A DNA stretch of 64,000 nucleotides from Felis catus (GCF_018350175.1 NC_058382.1:57042001-57106000), one strand, 5' to 3'. Positions 35,984 through 49,274 are shown, counted from the first letter of the stretch. Notes: generated by a model not told the origin, from the letters alone. Numbers and translations: made by a program.

Positions 35984-37287
35984 GCACGCACACATGCACA
36001 GATGGATCCTCTCCCTCAGGACCCCCAGCCTAGCTCTGGAGGCGAAAGCTCTGGGCCTGCCCTTGTAGGGAAGCCCTGTCCACACCCCTCCTGCTTCTAA
36101 CAGTACGGCTTAGTGAGCTCTGGTGCCCTCTTCAAGCTGGCGTGTGCGGGTCCCCGAGACCCCATTTCTTCATCTAGGAAATGGGGTGATGAGCGGACTC
36201 CCGGAGCCACATCACGTGGTCTGCACCATTCACTTGCCTGAGGCATGGGGAGGGGGGCACCTGAGGGTGGGACCCTGGCCTCGGGGAACTTTGCAGTCAG
36301 GGGCACGGGTGTGGAGTGCCCACGATGGGGCTTCGGGGGAGGGCCCCGGTGCTCTGATAATTGTCCCCCTTCTGCCCCAGCCACATTTGCTCCTGCTCAG
36401 TACCCCGGACTAGGGTTTCAGCTAAGGGAAGGGGGTGATGTTTGAGAAGCCCTTCCTGAACTGCTGCCTCAGTCTGTCACCATGTGTGGTGCTAGGAGGG
36501 ATGGGGGGGGACATCTGTCCTTGGCCTGAGGGCTTGGGCCCAAGGTACCATGGCCAGAGGGGGTGGGGCCTCCCCCTCCCCCTTCTTATCAGTGTGGCTC
36601 ACCCGCTCCCAAAAATACCACGGGGTGGGGGTGGGGGTTATGGGGTCTCAGCTCATGTTTGGGGGGCGGGGGTTGGGCTGTCCCCCCCATCCCCTCCCAC
36701 GGCAGCCAGAGACTTGCACCTGCAGTGCATCTGGTTTTCTGAGCTCTTGGTGGCCTGCTTCCGCCCACTCCCCACCCCCCAAGAAATAATCCAGTCCTGC
36801 CCCTGGGGGGTCCAGTCTCCAGCTCCCCCCCCAGGTCCCCTTAGCAGACGCCTCTGTTCAGACTTAAGCCACCCCGCTGGAGGAAACCGGGGCTCCCCGA
36901 GGGGTGCAATGGTGCGAGGCGTGTGGCCGCGTCCACGGGACACGGCTTCTGAGCGTGTGACCGAGCGTGGCACGGTGGGAAAGCCGCGTGGACCAGTGGC
37001 TCCGGAGGCACACCCGCGGGCCCGCGGCTGGGTGTGAGCGTGCGTGTATCCACGTGTGCGTGCGCGTGTCTGTCAGTGCGGTCGTGGGTGGGCTGGCGGC
37101 ACAGAAGGCGAGTGGGCGCAGCTTCCTCCCCGGCGGCAGGGAGGACTCCGCCTGAAACATCCCTCCCGCCCTGGATCCCAGCCGGGGTCTCCTCCCGGGA
37201 GGAGGGGGATCTCGAGATGAGTCAGAGGCCGCTGGAGGGCGCCCGCCCCTCTGGGCCCCTCACTGACGCCACCTCTCTCCCCTGCAG

Positions 37288-37312
37288 ATTTTCCGACGTG
37301 CGGACAAAAACG
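37288..37312 (+). CDS. NECAB2: NECAB2 exon 2, 25-nt micro-exon (IFRRADKN-D; start of EF-hand 1)
   Basis: cctgcag acceptor, G|GTGAGT donor; phase fits exons 1 and 3. Confidence 0.92.
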
Positions 37313-40300
37313 GTGAGTTCCCCTCCCGGGCTGTCCCCTGAAGGAGGCCCCGGCTCTTCCCGTCCCGGCGCCTCGGGGGGAGGGCCGAGGGGTGGGGGCG
37401 TGGACGGCCTTGAACCTGCCGGTGACAAGTACAGGCCTTGGAGGTCAGAACACCACAGGCCGGTGCTGCCTTGTGCCTCAGTTTCCCTATCTGCGTCTGG
37501 GGGCATTCCCGTAGTTCCCGCGCGGTAGGGATGCCGCGGGGGTTCGGCGTGTGGCCGTCTCGGATGCTAAGACGTCTGTCGTGCGGGACGTGCTGGTGAA
37601 CCATCATCGCGCTCACGCAGCTGGGCCGGGCCAGAGCGGCCCGGGGTGGGGGGTGCCCAGGGACCACCCTTCACAGCAGCCCCCAGCCTCACTCTCGGCC
37701 CTGGTGCCTCTTTCCTCACCGCGACCTCACACACTCACGGCTGCCGCTCCTGTCCTGACGATTCCGGAGTGGCCCAGGGAGGTTAAGTGACTTGCCCGGG
37801 GCCGCCCAGCTGCACGAAGGCAGTCAAGGTTGTGCTGCAGACCCCCGAACTTTTCCCCACGCCACGCCCCCTCCCCAGCCACGTGAGTGGCCCGTCGTGG
37901 CCAGCAGAGAGAAGTCAGACTTCTCCTGACTTCTCGGAGAGGCCCCCGCCTCCCAGCCTCGCAAGGCCCGTCCGAGCCTCACAGCTGCAGCACGAGTCAG
38001 TACCACTTCCTGTAAATACCGCTGTCCTCATCGCTGGGCCCCGGGCGCCTCTCCCCGGACTGTCACCAAGGCACGGTCTCTCCGCAGGCGTCGGTCTTGC
38101 CCATCTCTAAAGTGGGGTGAGAACGCTCAACTCGCCTACTGCCTTGGCTGTGGAGCCAGGAGATGTGGCGACAGAGTCCACGAGAGAATCAAGCAGGGCT
38201 CACTCACGGTTTGTTTTGTTCGCTGGGAAAATTGATCAAGTATCAGGGCCCCTGCCGGGGGCAGGGTGGGGGACAGGGGCCCCGGTGCCTGTCCCCAGGG
38301 CCCTCAGGCCCCAGCGCCTCCTGCACGGGCTGGAGTTGAAGGCGGCAGCTCTCACCCGGGTCCCCCGAACCCCTCCCTCCCTGGCCCTGGCGGTTACTGC
38401 TGACCCGCCCCCCCCATGGTGTTGGGGGTGCGACGTGAGGCCTCGGGGGCTGGGGTGCACAGCCAGGGGTCTCCATCCCTTGTCCGCCTCCTCGGGCATG
38501 ACAGCGGCGCCTCCCAGGCCGACTGGGACACAGGACTCTCCACAGCAGCTCCACGTGGCGCAGGGCGGAGGGAGGGGGCCGGGGGGGGGGGGCTTCAGTG
38601 ACCCAAGAAGGGGTCGTGGCAGCTCTTCTCAAGCAGCCTCAGAGGCTACAGAGCAGGTCAAGGGGCTTGATCCCTGACACGGGCGTCTCTCTGGCGACCT
38701 CAGAGTGCAGTGGCCAGGACCCCGTGGCACGTCGTGAGCCCTTGACAGGCAGGACTCGGGGCTTGTCCCTGGCGTGGGCCCGATGCTCGCACGCAGTAGG
38801 TCCCCAGCAGACGTTTGCGGGCTTACGGGTAACGGGTCTGCCGGCGCGGGGGGCGCGGGTGCACGACCCTGGGGCGCAGCGCTGTGGGTCTGGCTGTGCG
38901 TCTCCCGGCAGGTGTCCGTGGGTCCGGACGGCCGTGTCTCCGTAACTGCCGCTCGACACACTGAGTGCGCGTGGCCCTGTGTGTGTGGGTGTATGTGTGT
39001 GGCACACGTGGGCTGGTGGCTCACCGGCCGCCCTCAGACACAGGTGGGGTTTCCTCCTCGTCACTTGTTGCCTTGTCAGAGGCCGAGTTTCCACCCCAGG
39101 GACTGCTCTGGGGTCCCCTGACTTCGCTCCATGGGCCCCAGAGGGGCCGAGCCCGTTCTCCTCCTGGGGCTTCGGGTCTTCCTGGCCACCGCCGAGTGGC
39201 CCTGGGGGGGTTGTCCCCAGGGTTAATGCGGGAGTGTGATGTCGGTTCCAGGGACGCTTCCGGGGAAGAGTCCCTTCTGTGTCACAGGGACTCCTGGGTT
39301 CGAGTCCCGGCTCGGCCACTTGGCAGCTCTGTGAGCTCAGGCCAGTCAGCTGGGGCCTCGGTTTCCCCATCTGTAAGTGGGCGTGATGACACCAGTCCCC
39401 TCTCAGAGGGCCTTGGTGGAGCCCGCACGGGACCCGGGGACACCTGCCGTGGGAGACCCTGAGCCCAGCACCGCCCGTGGCCGCGGATGCCGTGGTTTGC
39501 CCACAGGTGTGGGGTTCCCACCTGTGCCTTCCATCCGGGGAGCTGCCGGGGGCCATGGGGCACCCATTAGGCACGTCACTGGGGCCTCACTGTGCTCCTG
39601 CTGGGGTAAGAAGCACCCGCCCCCAGTTTACAGACGGCAAAAGCGAGGCCCAGACCGAGCAGGGGCGGGGCCGTAGACCCCCGGCTGGGGAGCAGCCTGG
39701 GCAGTTCTGACCCCGTCCAGCCTGGCTTGAGAACACATCTGGCCGGGAGTGAGTGCGGCTGGAACTACACACACAGTGGCTTCACTCAGTCCCTGACCCC
39801 GGCGTCCGCTGCGGAAGATGCCAGGTTGGGGAGGGGGGGTGCCAGGCGGGGTATGGTCCCCTCCCCTAAGTCCCTGGGATCCCAGGGCCGAGCGCTCTGG
39901 GCCGGCCCGTGCGGACGGCTCCCGGGACAGAGGCTTCTGCGCTGATATAGAGACCCGTCGAGGCTCCCGAGGGGAGGCCGAGGGTCAGGGGCCTGGGGCC
40001 TCGGAAGGGCGGCGCGGGGCGTCCAGCAGACGGCCGGGCGCCAGGGTGCGTCTGTCCCCAGGGACGTGGACGCTAGCAGCCTGCGGCCGTTTGAACGGTC
40101 CCCGTGACAGAGGCTGAGCTAGTGCTCATTAGCCAAGACGCCCGCACACGGCCGCCCCCTCGGGGGTCCTTGCTGAGAGTGGGGGGGCCGGGGCTGTGCC
40201 TCTGATCGCACAGAAGCCCGGGCAGGTGTTTCTCCCCTCATTAGCCGCTCTGGGTTCATCCGGGCTGTGGCAGGACATTGAAGGGAAATGTCAGCCAGGA

Positions 40301-40502
40301 AGGCCGTGCTCGGGAGGCCCGGCGGGCGTCTCTTGCCTGCCCTCCACAGGGCACCCCGGATGCGGGTGCCCGGGCAGGACAGGCAGGAGGAGACGGGGGC
40401 AGGGAGATCCTCCCCCACACCCCCACCCCGACTCTGTGCCCCTGGCCACCACGACCGGTCGGTCAGCACGCGTCCACAGGGCGCAGACTCGCCCTCGGCT
40501 CC

Positions 40503-40893
40503 CCGTGATCTTGTGGTTCGTGAGTTCAAGCCCCAGGTCAGACTGCGCTCATAGCTGGGAGCCTGGAGCCTGCTTCGGATTCCGTCTCCCTCGCTCTCTG
40601 CCCCTCCCCCGCTCACACTCTGTGTCTCTCTCTCTCTCTCTCAAACTTTTTTTTTTTAAAGGTAAAATCTTTAAAAAAGGGGCACCTGGGTGGCTCTGTC
40701 GTTTAAGCGTCTCTTGATTTCGGCTCAAGTCATGGTTTCTCAGTCATGAGGTCAAGCCCCGTGTCAGGCTCAGCGTGCAATGCGGACCCTGGGTGGGCTT
40801 CTCTCTCTCCCTTTCTCCCTGCCCCTCCCCTGCTCAGCCCCCTCTCTCTCTGTCTCAAATAGATAACTTAAAAAAAAAAAAACTCTTAAAAAA
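40503..40893 (+). mobile_element. Two tandem CAN-SINEs (5'-truncated ~40503-40660; full ~40679-40893)
   Basis: gtgagttcaagcccc...ggagcctgcttcggatt (CT)n; then ggggcacctgggtggct...A-tail. Confidence 0.88.
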
Positions 40894-42019
40894 TACGATA
40901 CAAGAGAATCCTTCTGCTCTGGGCCCAGCTGGGCCTGCCGTGCATGGTCGGGCCCCTTCCGGATGGAAGGGAGGACCTCAGATCCAGCCTGCCTTCCGCG
41001 CCCGGCCCAGTCCTGATACGGGGCCACACCTGCCTCTCCCTCCCATCCAAGGAGGGCCATCCCTTTCTAACCCACGCAGACGTACCCTCGAGGGCTTGCA
41101 GGGGCTTTGATTGCAGCCTGGCTGGAAGTAATGGAAGGAGGTCTGCGTGGAGGGGCTGGGGGCTGCCCTCTCCCTCACTTCCAACTGCCCGCCGCAGACG
41201 CGGCTCCTTTAAGGAGCGTGAGCTCCCTGAGGAAGGGGTCGTGGCTGCAGGGGGCAGAGGTCAGCTCGCAGCAGGTGTGCCCAAGTGCAAGTTGCTGAGG
41301 GTGGGAGCTCCGTCAGCCTCTCCCAGAGTCGCTGGCTGCTTGGAGCCCCTCGGGGACCCGTGGGGCCCCTCCCATCTCAGGACCACAGAGGCTGGCCCCC
41401 TGCCAGGCCCGCCCCCTCCTTGCCTTGCGGTTTGGTGTCTTCGTGGTGGCAGGGTGGCAAGTCCCTCCCTGCTGGCAGCTGTGAAGGTGTGGGCCCGGGG
41501 TCTGCCCTGCGGACGGGGCAGAGAGGAAAGAGGGTGTCCCCTCCCTTGAGCCAGGACCTGGGTGCTGGGGCTGGAGATGATGCAGATATGGGTGGGGGGT
41601 CGTCTGGGCATTTGGAAGCAAGAGAGAAGGGTCCTCAGACGGCCCGGCTTTGCCGTGGTGCTGCCTTCAACGGTACCCACCGCAGGTGCTCGGGCGAATC
41701 AGGGGAGAGATGAGCCGGCAGGGAGCAGGGCCTGTGTGTGTGTTGACCGTGGCCGTCGTGAGCCTGAGCCAACTGGCTACTGCTTGTAGTCGCTGTGGGT
41801 TCGGGGATCAGCTGCAAGAGGGTGTTGATGTGTCGGCTTGGGAATTAGCTGGAGAAGGCGGGGATTTTCTGTGCGCTGGAGGGTGCTGGTCACTTCGGGC
41901 AGTCCCGGGGCAGGCACAGAGGATCTGGCTGGGGTGCGGTGGCCGGGGGACTGTCGGGACCTGGGATGTCTTATCTCTTAGACACCGGCTGCCCTCTCTC
42001 CTCCTTCCCTCCCTCGCAG

Positions 42020-42128
42020 ACGATGGGAAGCTGTCCCTGGAGGAGTTCCAGCTTTTCTTCGCAGATGGCGTCCTCGATGACAAGGATCTGGAGGCTCTCT
42101 TCCACACCATCGACTCTGACAACACTAA
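42020..42128 (+). CDS. NECAB2: NECAB2 exon 3 ([16 protein letters not shown]...TIDSDNT-N)
   Basis: ctcgcag acceptor, AA|GTGAGC donor, 109 nt; EF-hand loop residues. Confidence 0.95.
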
Positions 42129-44225
42129 GTGAGCGAGGTCCCGCTTGGCGGGGCAGGGGCGTCCGGCGGGTGTGGGGCCGGCGGGGGGAGCTTCTTCCTC
42201 GGCAGCTAGTGAGCGGTCTCCGTTTCCCACCCCCCTGGAGGAGCAGGACCCCTGAAACACCCCCACGCTGGCTGATCCAAACCTCGGATCTGTCTGGCCA
42301 CCCCCCCCCCCACCGCCGGCTGGGGTGACCTGGGGGCGTGGGCAGGACGCTGTTGTGCCGGTAGAGTTGTCTTCTGAGCACACGTGGCTACGGAAGAAGA
42401 GACCCTACGTCTTGCAGCACGGACGCAGGGTAACGAAAAGGGAAGGGTGGCAGTGACGTCACCCTTCTGCGAACTCAAGCCCTGGTGTGAGTGACCCCGG
42501 CGCCAGGGTCAACTCTATCACCTTAGTCCTCACCGGTCCTGTCTTCGACCGGACCGACCAGATATGCATCCTGGCTCTCCCTTCAACCCGGCTTCTAGCT
42601 CGGTGTCCGAGGCAACCCGTCATAACCCCCCGAGCTTGCGTCTCAGAACTAACCGGAAACTCTGGCCTCACCCACCCCGAAGTCAAGTGCCAAGTGTATG
42701 CTCCACTCACGCTTGCCCGACCTGACAGCCTCCCTCGTTGCCTGGGATTCCCCAGGCAGGATGAGCCCCAGCCCCCTTCTCCGCCCCCCACCCGGTCACC
42801 TTCCTCGGGCCCCGCTCAGGCGATGGGGACCCGAGTTCCGGGGGCCGGGGGTTGCTGCGTGAAGCAGATTTGATGAGTTGGGGTCCCCTGAGACAGACGG
42901 GCCTAGTGTGGACAAGGAGCTGCTACCGAGCCTGTTTGCAAGGGACCCAGCACAGTAGCCACCTGGACCGGAACCCGGGGCTGAGTGTCCTGGGAGGCAC
43001 AGGCTGGGGACCAGGTGGCCAGGAGTCCTTGTCCAAGGAAGGCCGCATCAAAGAAACAGCTTTCTGCTGTAGACCCAGTGAAGGGCTTTGTTTCTGGAGA
43101 CGGATGGAGGCCTCTGTGATCCCCAGGGAGCTTTGAAAGGGCCAGGGCGAGTGGAGGCATCGGTCAGAGAGTTTAGCCATGACCTTCTAGAAGGTCAGAA
43201 CTCTAAAGACTTCTAGGATGAGTCTCTCCAGCATTCCCTGGGGTGTGACCTATAAACATTTGCTCCTTGGGATGCTAAGTAGGCTTTCTGCCCAAAACAG
43301 TTCACGTGGATCAGAAAGAGTGGTAAGATCCTAGTTTAAGCCCAACCGAAACAGGCTTCCTCTCTGCGGGACTCGTCAGAACATTTAACGTGTGGTGGGA
43401 ATTCAAGGAGCTTCCCAAGACAGGGCTGGCAAAGCCTCTGAACCCAGGTTTATGGGGCCCCAGGAGCCTTCTCCCAGAAAGCATCTTGGGCACCTGGGGT
43501 TCCCCGAGCTCTCTACCCCAGGGAGCCCCTCCTCTCTCAGTGAGAGAGCTGGCGCCCAGACAGGGCAAGGCTCCCAGAACTGCACAGACGCTCGGGTCCC
43601 TTGGCCTCCGCCCCCCGCACACCCTGCCGTCACGTCTCTGCTCTGAGGCTGCTACGTGCACCTTCACCAGCCTGGGTGGCATTTCGGTGCTTAGCGTCCT
43701 CCGAGGAGGGGCCCAGTCCTCTCCACGCCTTAGGAATGGGGCTGCGGGACCCCAGGGCTGGGGTGGGCACGAGGACGGCTGTCCCAGGACCCAGGAGGCA
43801 GGGATGCCGGGGGGCGGCGTGTCACGCGAGTTTTGTTGACAGCCTGTCAGAGTCCTGGGCCCTCCACCTTCTGTCCCTTCCCCTCCCTTTTTGCCCAGCC
43901 CCCGACTTAGCCCCATTCTTGGTCCTATGCGCTCGGGACACTGTCGGTCGGCGCAGCAGGGGAGAGGAAATGAGTGGTAGTGGGGTCAGAGGTCACGCAG
44001 AGGTGGATCCCCGCTCTGTCCTTCCGGGTGGGGGGCAGGGCATCCTTTACCTGCTGCGCCTCACCTGTGAACTTGGCTCAGGTGCCGGCACGTAGGATGG
44101 TCCAGAGAGGAGGCACGGCAGGTGTTTGACGAGCTCCGGGCCCTGCGTGCTGGTGGGGCAGGGGGGCGGGGAGGGCGGCTGGGACGGGACAGGCCTGACC
44201 TGAGTCTCCCTCGTTCTCTCTGCAG

Positions 44226-44251
44226 CCACGTGGACACCAAGGAGCTGTGTG
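44226..44251 (+). CDS. NECAB2: NECAB2 exon 4, 26-nt micro-exon (HVDTKELC-D; end of EF-hand 2 loop)
   Basis: ctctgcag acceptor, G|GTAGGT donor. Confidence 0.92.
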
Positions 44252-44400
44252 GTAGGTGCCCGATCTGCAGGGACCAGGACTGGGGTCGGGGGACGGGACC
44301 CGGGAGTCCCGGAGGCGCAGGTGGGATGCACGGGAAGGCCCGAGGGCTGGGGTAGACTCCTCCTCCCGTGACCCCTGACCTTTGCTTTCCCCTCCCTCAG

Positions 44401-44498
44401 ATTACTTTGTGGACCACATGGGGGATTATGAGGACGTCCTGGCCTCCCTGGAGACCTTGAATCACTCTGTTCTGAAGGCCATGGGCTACACCAAGAAG
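44401..44498 (+). CDS. NECAB2: NECAB2 exon 5 ([32 protein letters not shown])
   Basis: ccctcag acceptor, AAG|GTGGGT donor, 98 nt. Confidence 0.95.
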
Positions 44499-46299
44499 GT
44501 GGGTAGGCGCCGGCGGCCCTGGGGCTCCAAGGTCTGAGTGCTGGTTAGGGTTCTTACGGGGCGTCCTCACCCCAGGGTGCCTGGATTTGTGGCGACAGGG
44601 GTTGGGTCCGGGGTGGGCTTTCCTTGGGGCTCCCGCAGGGAGCCGGGTTCAACTGTGAAGTGAACGCGCTGGGTCGGTGAACGGCCCTGGCCACCGGCAG
44701 GTTGGCGCGTGAGGCCCTGTCCCGGAATCGGGCACGGCCCGGGCCTGCCGGCGCGGAGAGGGAGCGGCAGCCGCCCCGAGCCCGCCAGGGTCCTCGGACA
44801 GGTGTGGACCCTAACCGTCTTCTCATCCTCTTCCCCGGGTTAGGAGGCAGGAAGGGGAGCGAAAGGGGCGCGTTCGTGCGTCTGCACCCGATCGAAGTTT
44901 CAGGCCGTGTCCGGTGTCCGAACCCTGTCCAGGCAGCAGGACCGTGAGGAGCGGCGGGAGCAGGCCGGGGGCGGGGACCCCTGCGTGGCCTGGGGAGAGG
45001 TCTCCCGTGTGGCTCCAGCGGCTCAGCCCCCAGTCCTGTCACCCCCTTGTTAGCATGTGCCCTGGAGGAGGACAGAAGGCAGGGGCCCGGGGTGGGGGCC
45101 GGACGTCGCGCCTTCTCTGTTGAAGCGCACGCGGGCGGAAGCAGCCGGTCCCCCAGCCCCCGAGTCCACACCCCACTGGGCTGGTGGCTGCTGGAGGGGC
45201 AGGGGGGCCGTGTCCCTTCGCTGCGTCAGGAGAAGAGGCGCTGAGTTGGCTGAGGACCCGCGATGGCCGGGATTCAACGCTCAGGTTAATCCTCGCTGCT
45301 GCCCTGTGCGTGGCCACTGTCACCCTGTCGCCGCCCCCATTTCAGAGCTCTGGAAACAGGCTCGGAAGGGTGATCCCTGCAGGGTCCATAGCCAGATGGC
45401 CACAGCTGCTGGCCGGAAGGAGAAGGGAGCGGAGTCAGGGACCCGGCAGGAGGTACGGACTCCGGGCCGTGCCGGGGGTGACTGGAGGCTCGGTCAGCTG
45501 GGAGGGGAGCCTCGCACGCTGAGCAAGGCACGTTGGGAGGCGGGGGGGTTGGGGAGCAAGACACACACGGGAGGGACACGTAGACCTGGCCGAAGGACCC
45601 CGCGCCTGTCGCTGCCCCCCGGCGGGCCTGTTTCTCCAGCATTCACCTTAGAGTCCCTTACGGGGATCGAATGAAATAAGGTCTCTCAGGTGCTTAGCTC
45701 GGGGCCTGGCACAGAGCAGAGGTGACTGTTTTCTCATTAGGCTCCTGCTGTATGCCCAGGCGGACGTAAGACCGATTCCGTGTGTGTGTTTCAGACGGTG
45801 CTCGGTGCGTCAGATCTATTAGCGTCTTTGGGTTTTTCAGGGGGTACCCTGCCGTGTGTTAGGGCGTCCCTGTCTTCCTGCAGGTCTCAGAATTGCTGGG
45901 CCTGATCGTGTGCCTCCACTCAACCCACGTTTCCATTCCTGTGGTCGTGTCCTGCCGTCCCGGGTCTTGCTTTCCCCAAGCGCATTTTAATATCGTGTGA
46001 GACCGGTCGCCTGTCGTCGTTCGTGTGCCCGGACTGTGGTTGGACGCTCTGAATGTGGGAAGTGGGCGGTGGGTGGCCAGGGAGCGTGGAAGGGACCCCA
46101 GGCTCTGGAATCCCTGCGCGGACAAGGGTGTCGGCCGGACGGGCTGCGGGACCCTCACCGCCCGGCCCCACGGGGCTCCCGGAGATGGAGCCCCTTCCCA
46201 GCAGTGCCGTCTGGCGACGACACGAACGCGTGTGGTTACTTCCTGCTCTTTGGCCGTGAACTGTTCAGAGGCGACACCGAACTCCCCACCAAGGAGAGG

Positions 46300-47004
46300 A
46301 TTTTCCTATCTCCCCGTTCACCTCGGACCGGTTTCGGACACCCTGTGCCCGGAAAGCCCACGCACGTGATGGTGTGTTTTTAGCGGCCGAGTTGATGGTT
46401 TTGGCAGCCGCGATGGGCAGTTCTTTCGCTTACGTTTTTTTCGAACTGCTTTCCGGCGGTAGAAACGCAGCTCAGCTCCTCGGTTACTTCAAACGCTTCG
46501 TCACCGACCTGGGTTGGCCCGTTGGCTTTTGTTGCTGCGCAGTCCTGGCGTGAGCTGCAGACCAGTGCGCTGACTCGTTTCTGCTGTGCGGCCCCCCGAC
46601 CTCTCTGTGTCCCCCCCCCCCACCCCGTTCTGAAGTCCTGTTCCCGGTGCTACATCAGCTATCTTTGTTTTGCCCCTGATTTTCGAGCGCGTGTCTCCAG
46701 TATTTCTCCCCTAATTACAATATTAATACCAGTTCTTTTTTTAGAATCCTTCTCAGCCTGTTTGGAAAAAAGCAAAAAATTATCTCTGCCTTCCCTTCGT
46801 TAAATCTTGTCTTAGGAGGTGGTAGTGAAGTTTTTAAATTGCCTTTGTGATTGCGTGATTTTTCTGAAGCGATTGATGGGGCGGATTCTATTTTTAGAGT
46901 CTTTTCTGTGGAACAATCCTTCACTTCCTGTGATCAACCTGTGATAGAACTGGAGTGTCGCCGTGTTCGTCCACACCGCTCTGCAGCCCTCCCGCTAGCC
47001 AAGC

Positions 47005-47042
<38 letters not shown>

Positions 47043-47350
47043 AAATTGAGGCCTTTGGAATATTTGCTGGGTGTCAATCCGCTTCCCTATCGCAGAGTCA
47101 TTTTTCCGTTCAGAGACCGAAAGAATTTATCCACGAGGCTGAGGTCGAGGTATAAACGGGGGGGAGAAGAGTCTCTTAGTAGTTTTTTCCAAGGTCAACC
47201 CTAGCTTCAGTGAAATGTCACTTTCTGTGCCTGTGTTAGCTAGTTTTCCCAAAACCTATCACGGCCGTGTTCGGTTCTGTGATCAGTTATGCGTCGTATG
47301 TTGTCGATGATTTTTTTCAAAAATCTCAAACCTTATGTGACACAGAACGG
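46300..47350 (-). mobile_element. Highly degraded antisense L1 (ORF2 region)
   Basis: T-rich; gtggaacaatccttcacttcctgtgatcaacc resembles antisense L1 gttgaaccatccttgcatccctgggataaatcc. Confidence 0.4.
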
Positions 47351-47364
47351 GCACTGCATGTTCA

Positions 47365-47577
47365 ATAAAGTTCATTTACTTTGAGGGAGAGGGACAGAGT
47401 GCAAGCGGGGGAGGGGCAGAGAGAGAGGGAGACACAGCATCCGAAGCAGGATCCAGGCTCCGAGCAAGCGTTCAGCACAGAGCCTGACGCGGGGCTCGAA
47501 CTCATGAACGGGGAGATCATGACCTGAGCCGAAATCCAGAGTTGGACACTCAACCAGCTGAGCCACCCAGGTGCCCC
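47365..47577 (-). mobile_element. CAN-SINE
   Basis: Ends gagccacccaggtgcccc. Confidence 0.9.
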
Positions 47578-48007
47578 AAGTTGTTTTTTTAATGATCTCT
47601 CGGATGCTTGAGAAAATGAGCTGGATCTTTTCAGGGCATGAAATGGGAAAATAACTTGGCTTTTCTTTGTTATGACGTATACGCTCCTAAAAGATACACT
47701 ATAAAAAGGTGAAATGCTGTCTCTCGTACAAGTAGAGATATTTCATTTTTTCAGCACCGACATTTTAATTTGTATTACGGATGTTAATGACAACACCAGC
47801 CGCTGTAAATTTTTGTTTCAAAATTGAGAAAAGTCAGTTGAGACTTTTTTTTTTCTCTGCAGGTGGGAATTTTCTTCAATAATTTTTTAATCCCAGAATA
47901 GAGTTCGTATCACCTACTTATATCTATTTGGATTGGGGGTACGATTTTCACACAAAATCCTTATATCATTTACCATATTGCCACTATTTATTTAAAAAGG
48001 TATTCAC

Positions 48008-48424
48008 GGGCGCCTGGGTGGCGCAGTCGGTTAAGCATCCGACTTCAGCCAGGTCACGATCTCGCGGTCCGTGAGTTCGAGCCCCACATCAGGCTCCCGA
48101 TTCTGTGTCTCCCTGTCTCTCTGCCCCTCCCCCGTTCATGCTGTGTCTCTCTCTGTCCCAAAAATAAATAAACATTGGAAAAATAAAAAAAAATAAAAAA
48201 AAAGGTATTCACGATGGGGCCGTCTGAGTGGCTCAGTCAGTTAAGGGTCGGAGTTTGGCTCAGGTCATGATCTCGCGTTTCGTGAGTGTGAATCCCGCAT
48301 CAGGCTCTGTGCTGATGGCTCAGAACCTGGAGCCTGCTTCAGGTTCTGTCTCTCCCCCTTTCTCTCTGCCCCTCCCCTGTTCACACTCTCTCTCTCAAAA
48401 ACAAACGTTAAAAAAAATTTTTTT
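48008..48424 (+). mobile_element. Two tandem CAN-SINEs (48008-48200 with internal deletion; 48216-48424)
   Basis: Heads gggcgcctgggtggcgc and ggggccgtctgagtggctc; TSD aaaggtattcacg flanks the first. Confidence 0.9.
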
Positions 48425-48574
48425 TAAGGTACTAAGATAAGTACCTTAGATCCTAAGTACTAAGATCTTAGTACCTAAGATCTAATTTATGATCTTATTA
48501 TGACTGAATAATGAAAGTAAAGAATTATGTTGTCTTAGTTTTCTATTCTCAATATACAGAACTTGAATATTCTA

Positions 48575-48915
48575 ATTTTTTAAGTTTTAATTTTTTTAAT
48601 TTTTAAAAATGTTTTAATATTTCATTTTGAGAGAGGGCAAGCGCACAAGGAGTGGGGAAGGGGCAGCGCAAGAGAGGGAGACAGAGGATCCAAAGCAGGC
48701 TCCATGCTGTCAGCACAGAGCCCCACACGGGGCTCAAACCCACAGCCCATGACATCATGACCTGAGCCGAAGTCCAGCGCTTAACCGACTGAGCCACCTG
48801 GGTGCCCCAATTTTTTTTTAGCTTTAAGTAGACTCCACGCCCAGTGTGGGACTTGAACTCATGACCCTGAGATCATGAGTCATATGCTGTACCATTTGAG
48901 CCAGCCACGAGCTCC
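48575..48915 (-). mobile_element. CAN-SINE (~48575-48808) plus short tRNA-type CAN-SINE (~48811-48915)
   Basis: Ends ggtgcccc; second has cttgaactcatgaccctgagatc...gagccagcca. Confidence 0.85.
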
Positions 48916-49274
48916 CCCCCCCCCTTTTTTTTTAAGGCAACGTGAATATTTTTAAAAACTCCTTAATTAATATCAGAACCAGTAGGATGTTACAGCTAGC
49001 TCAAAGGAAAATTCCAAGGCCACGCACCATGGATAGAGGCAACTAGGAGCTCTGAGCGAATCTGTGAATCGGTGCAGAACCGGGCACTGTCCACAGTGAC
49101 AGCGACAGTCAGTTGCATTCCACCAGACAAAATTCCTGTGCCTCGCTGTGGATGAGAGTTATTTTTCAGCATCGTCTCTCTTGTACATTCTGCGGAGTTT
49201 TAAAAGGAGCCCTCAAACAAGGGAAGATTTAGTTAACCCACAGGTACCCAGTAATCTTTCTTGTCCGTTTTAAA

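Noticed and set aside
37260..44225. SRRM4-type UGC enhancers before the micro-exons
   Set aside because: The TGC seen is only part of the ordinary tgcag acceptor
33900..44500. REST/RE1 site expected for a neuronal gene
   Set aside because: No convincing match found by eye; a PWM scan is needed
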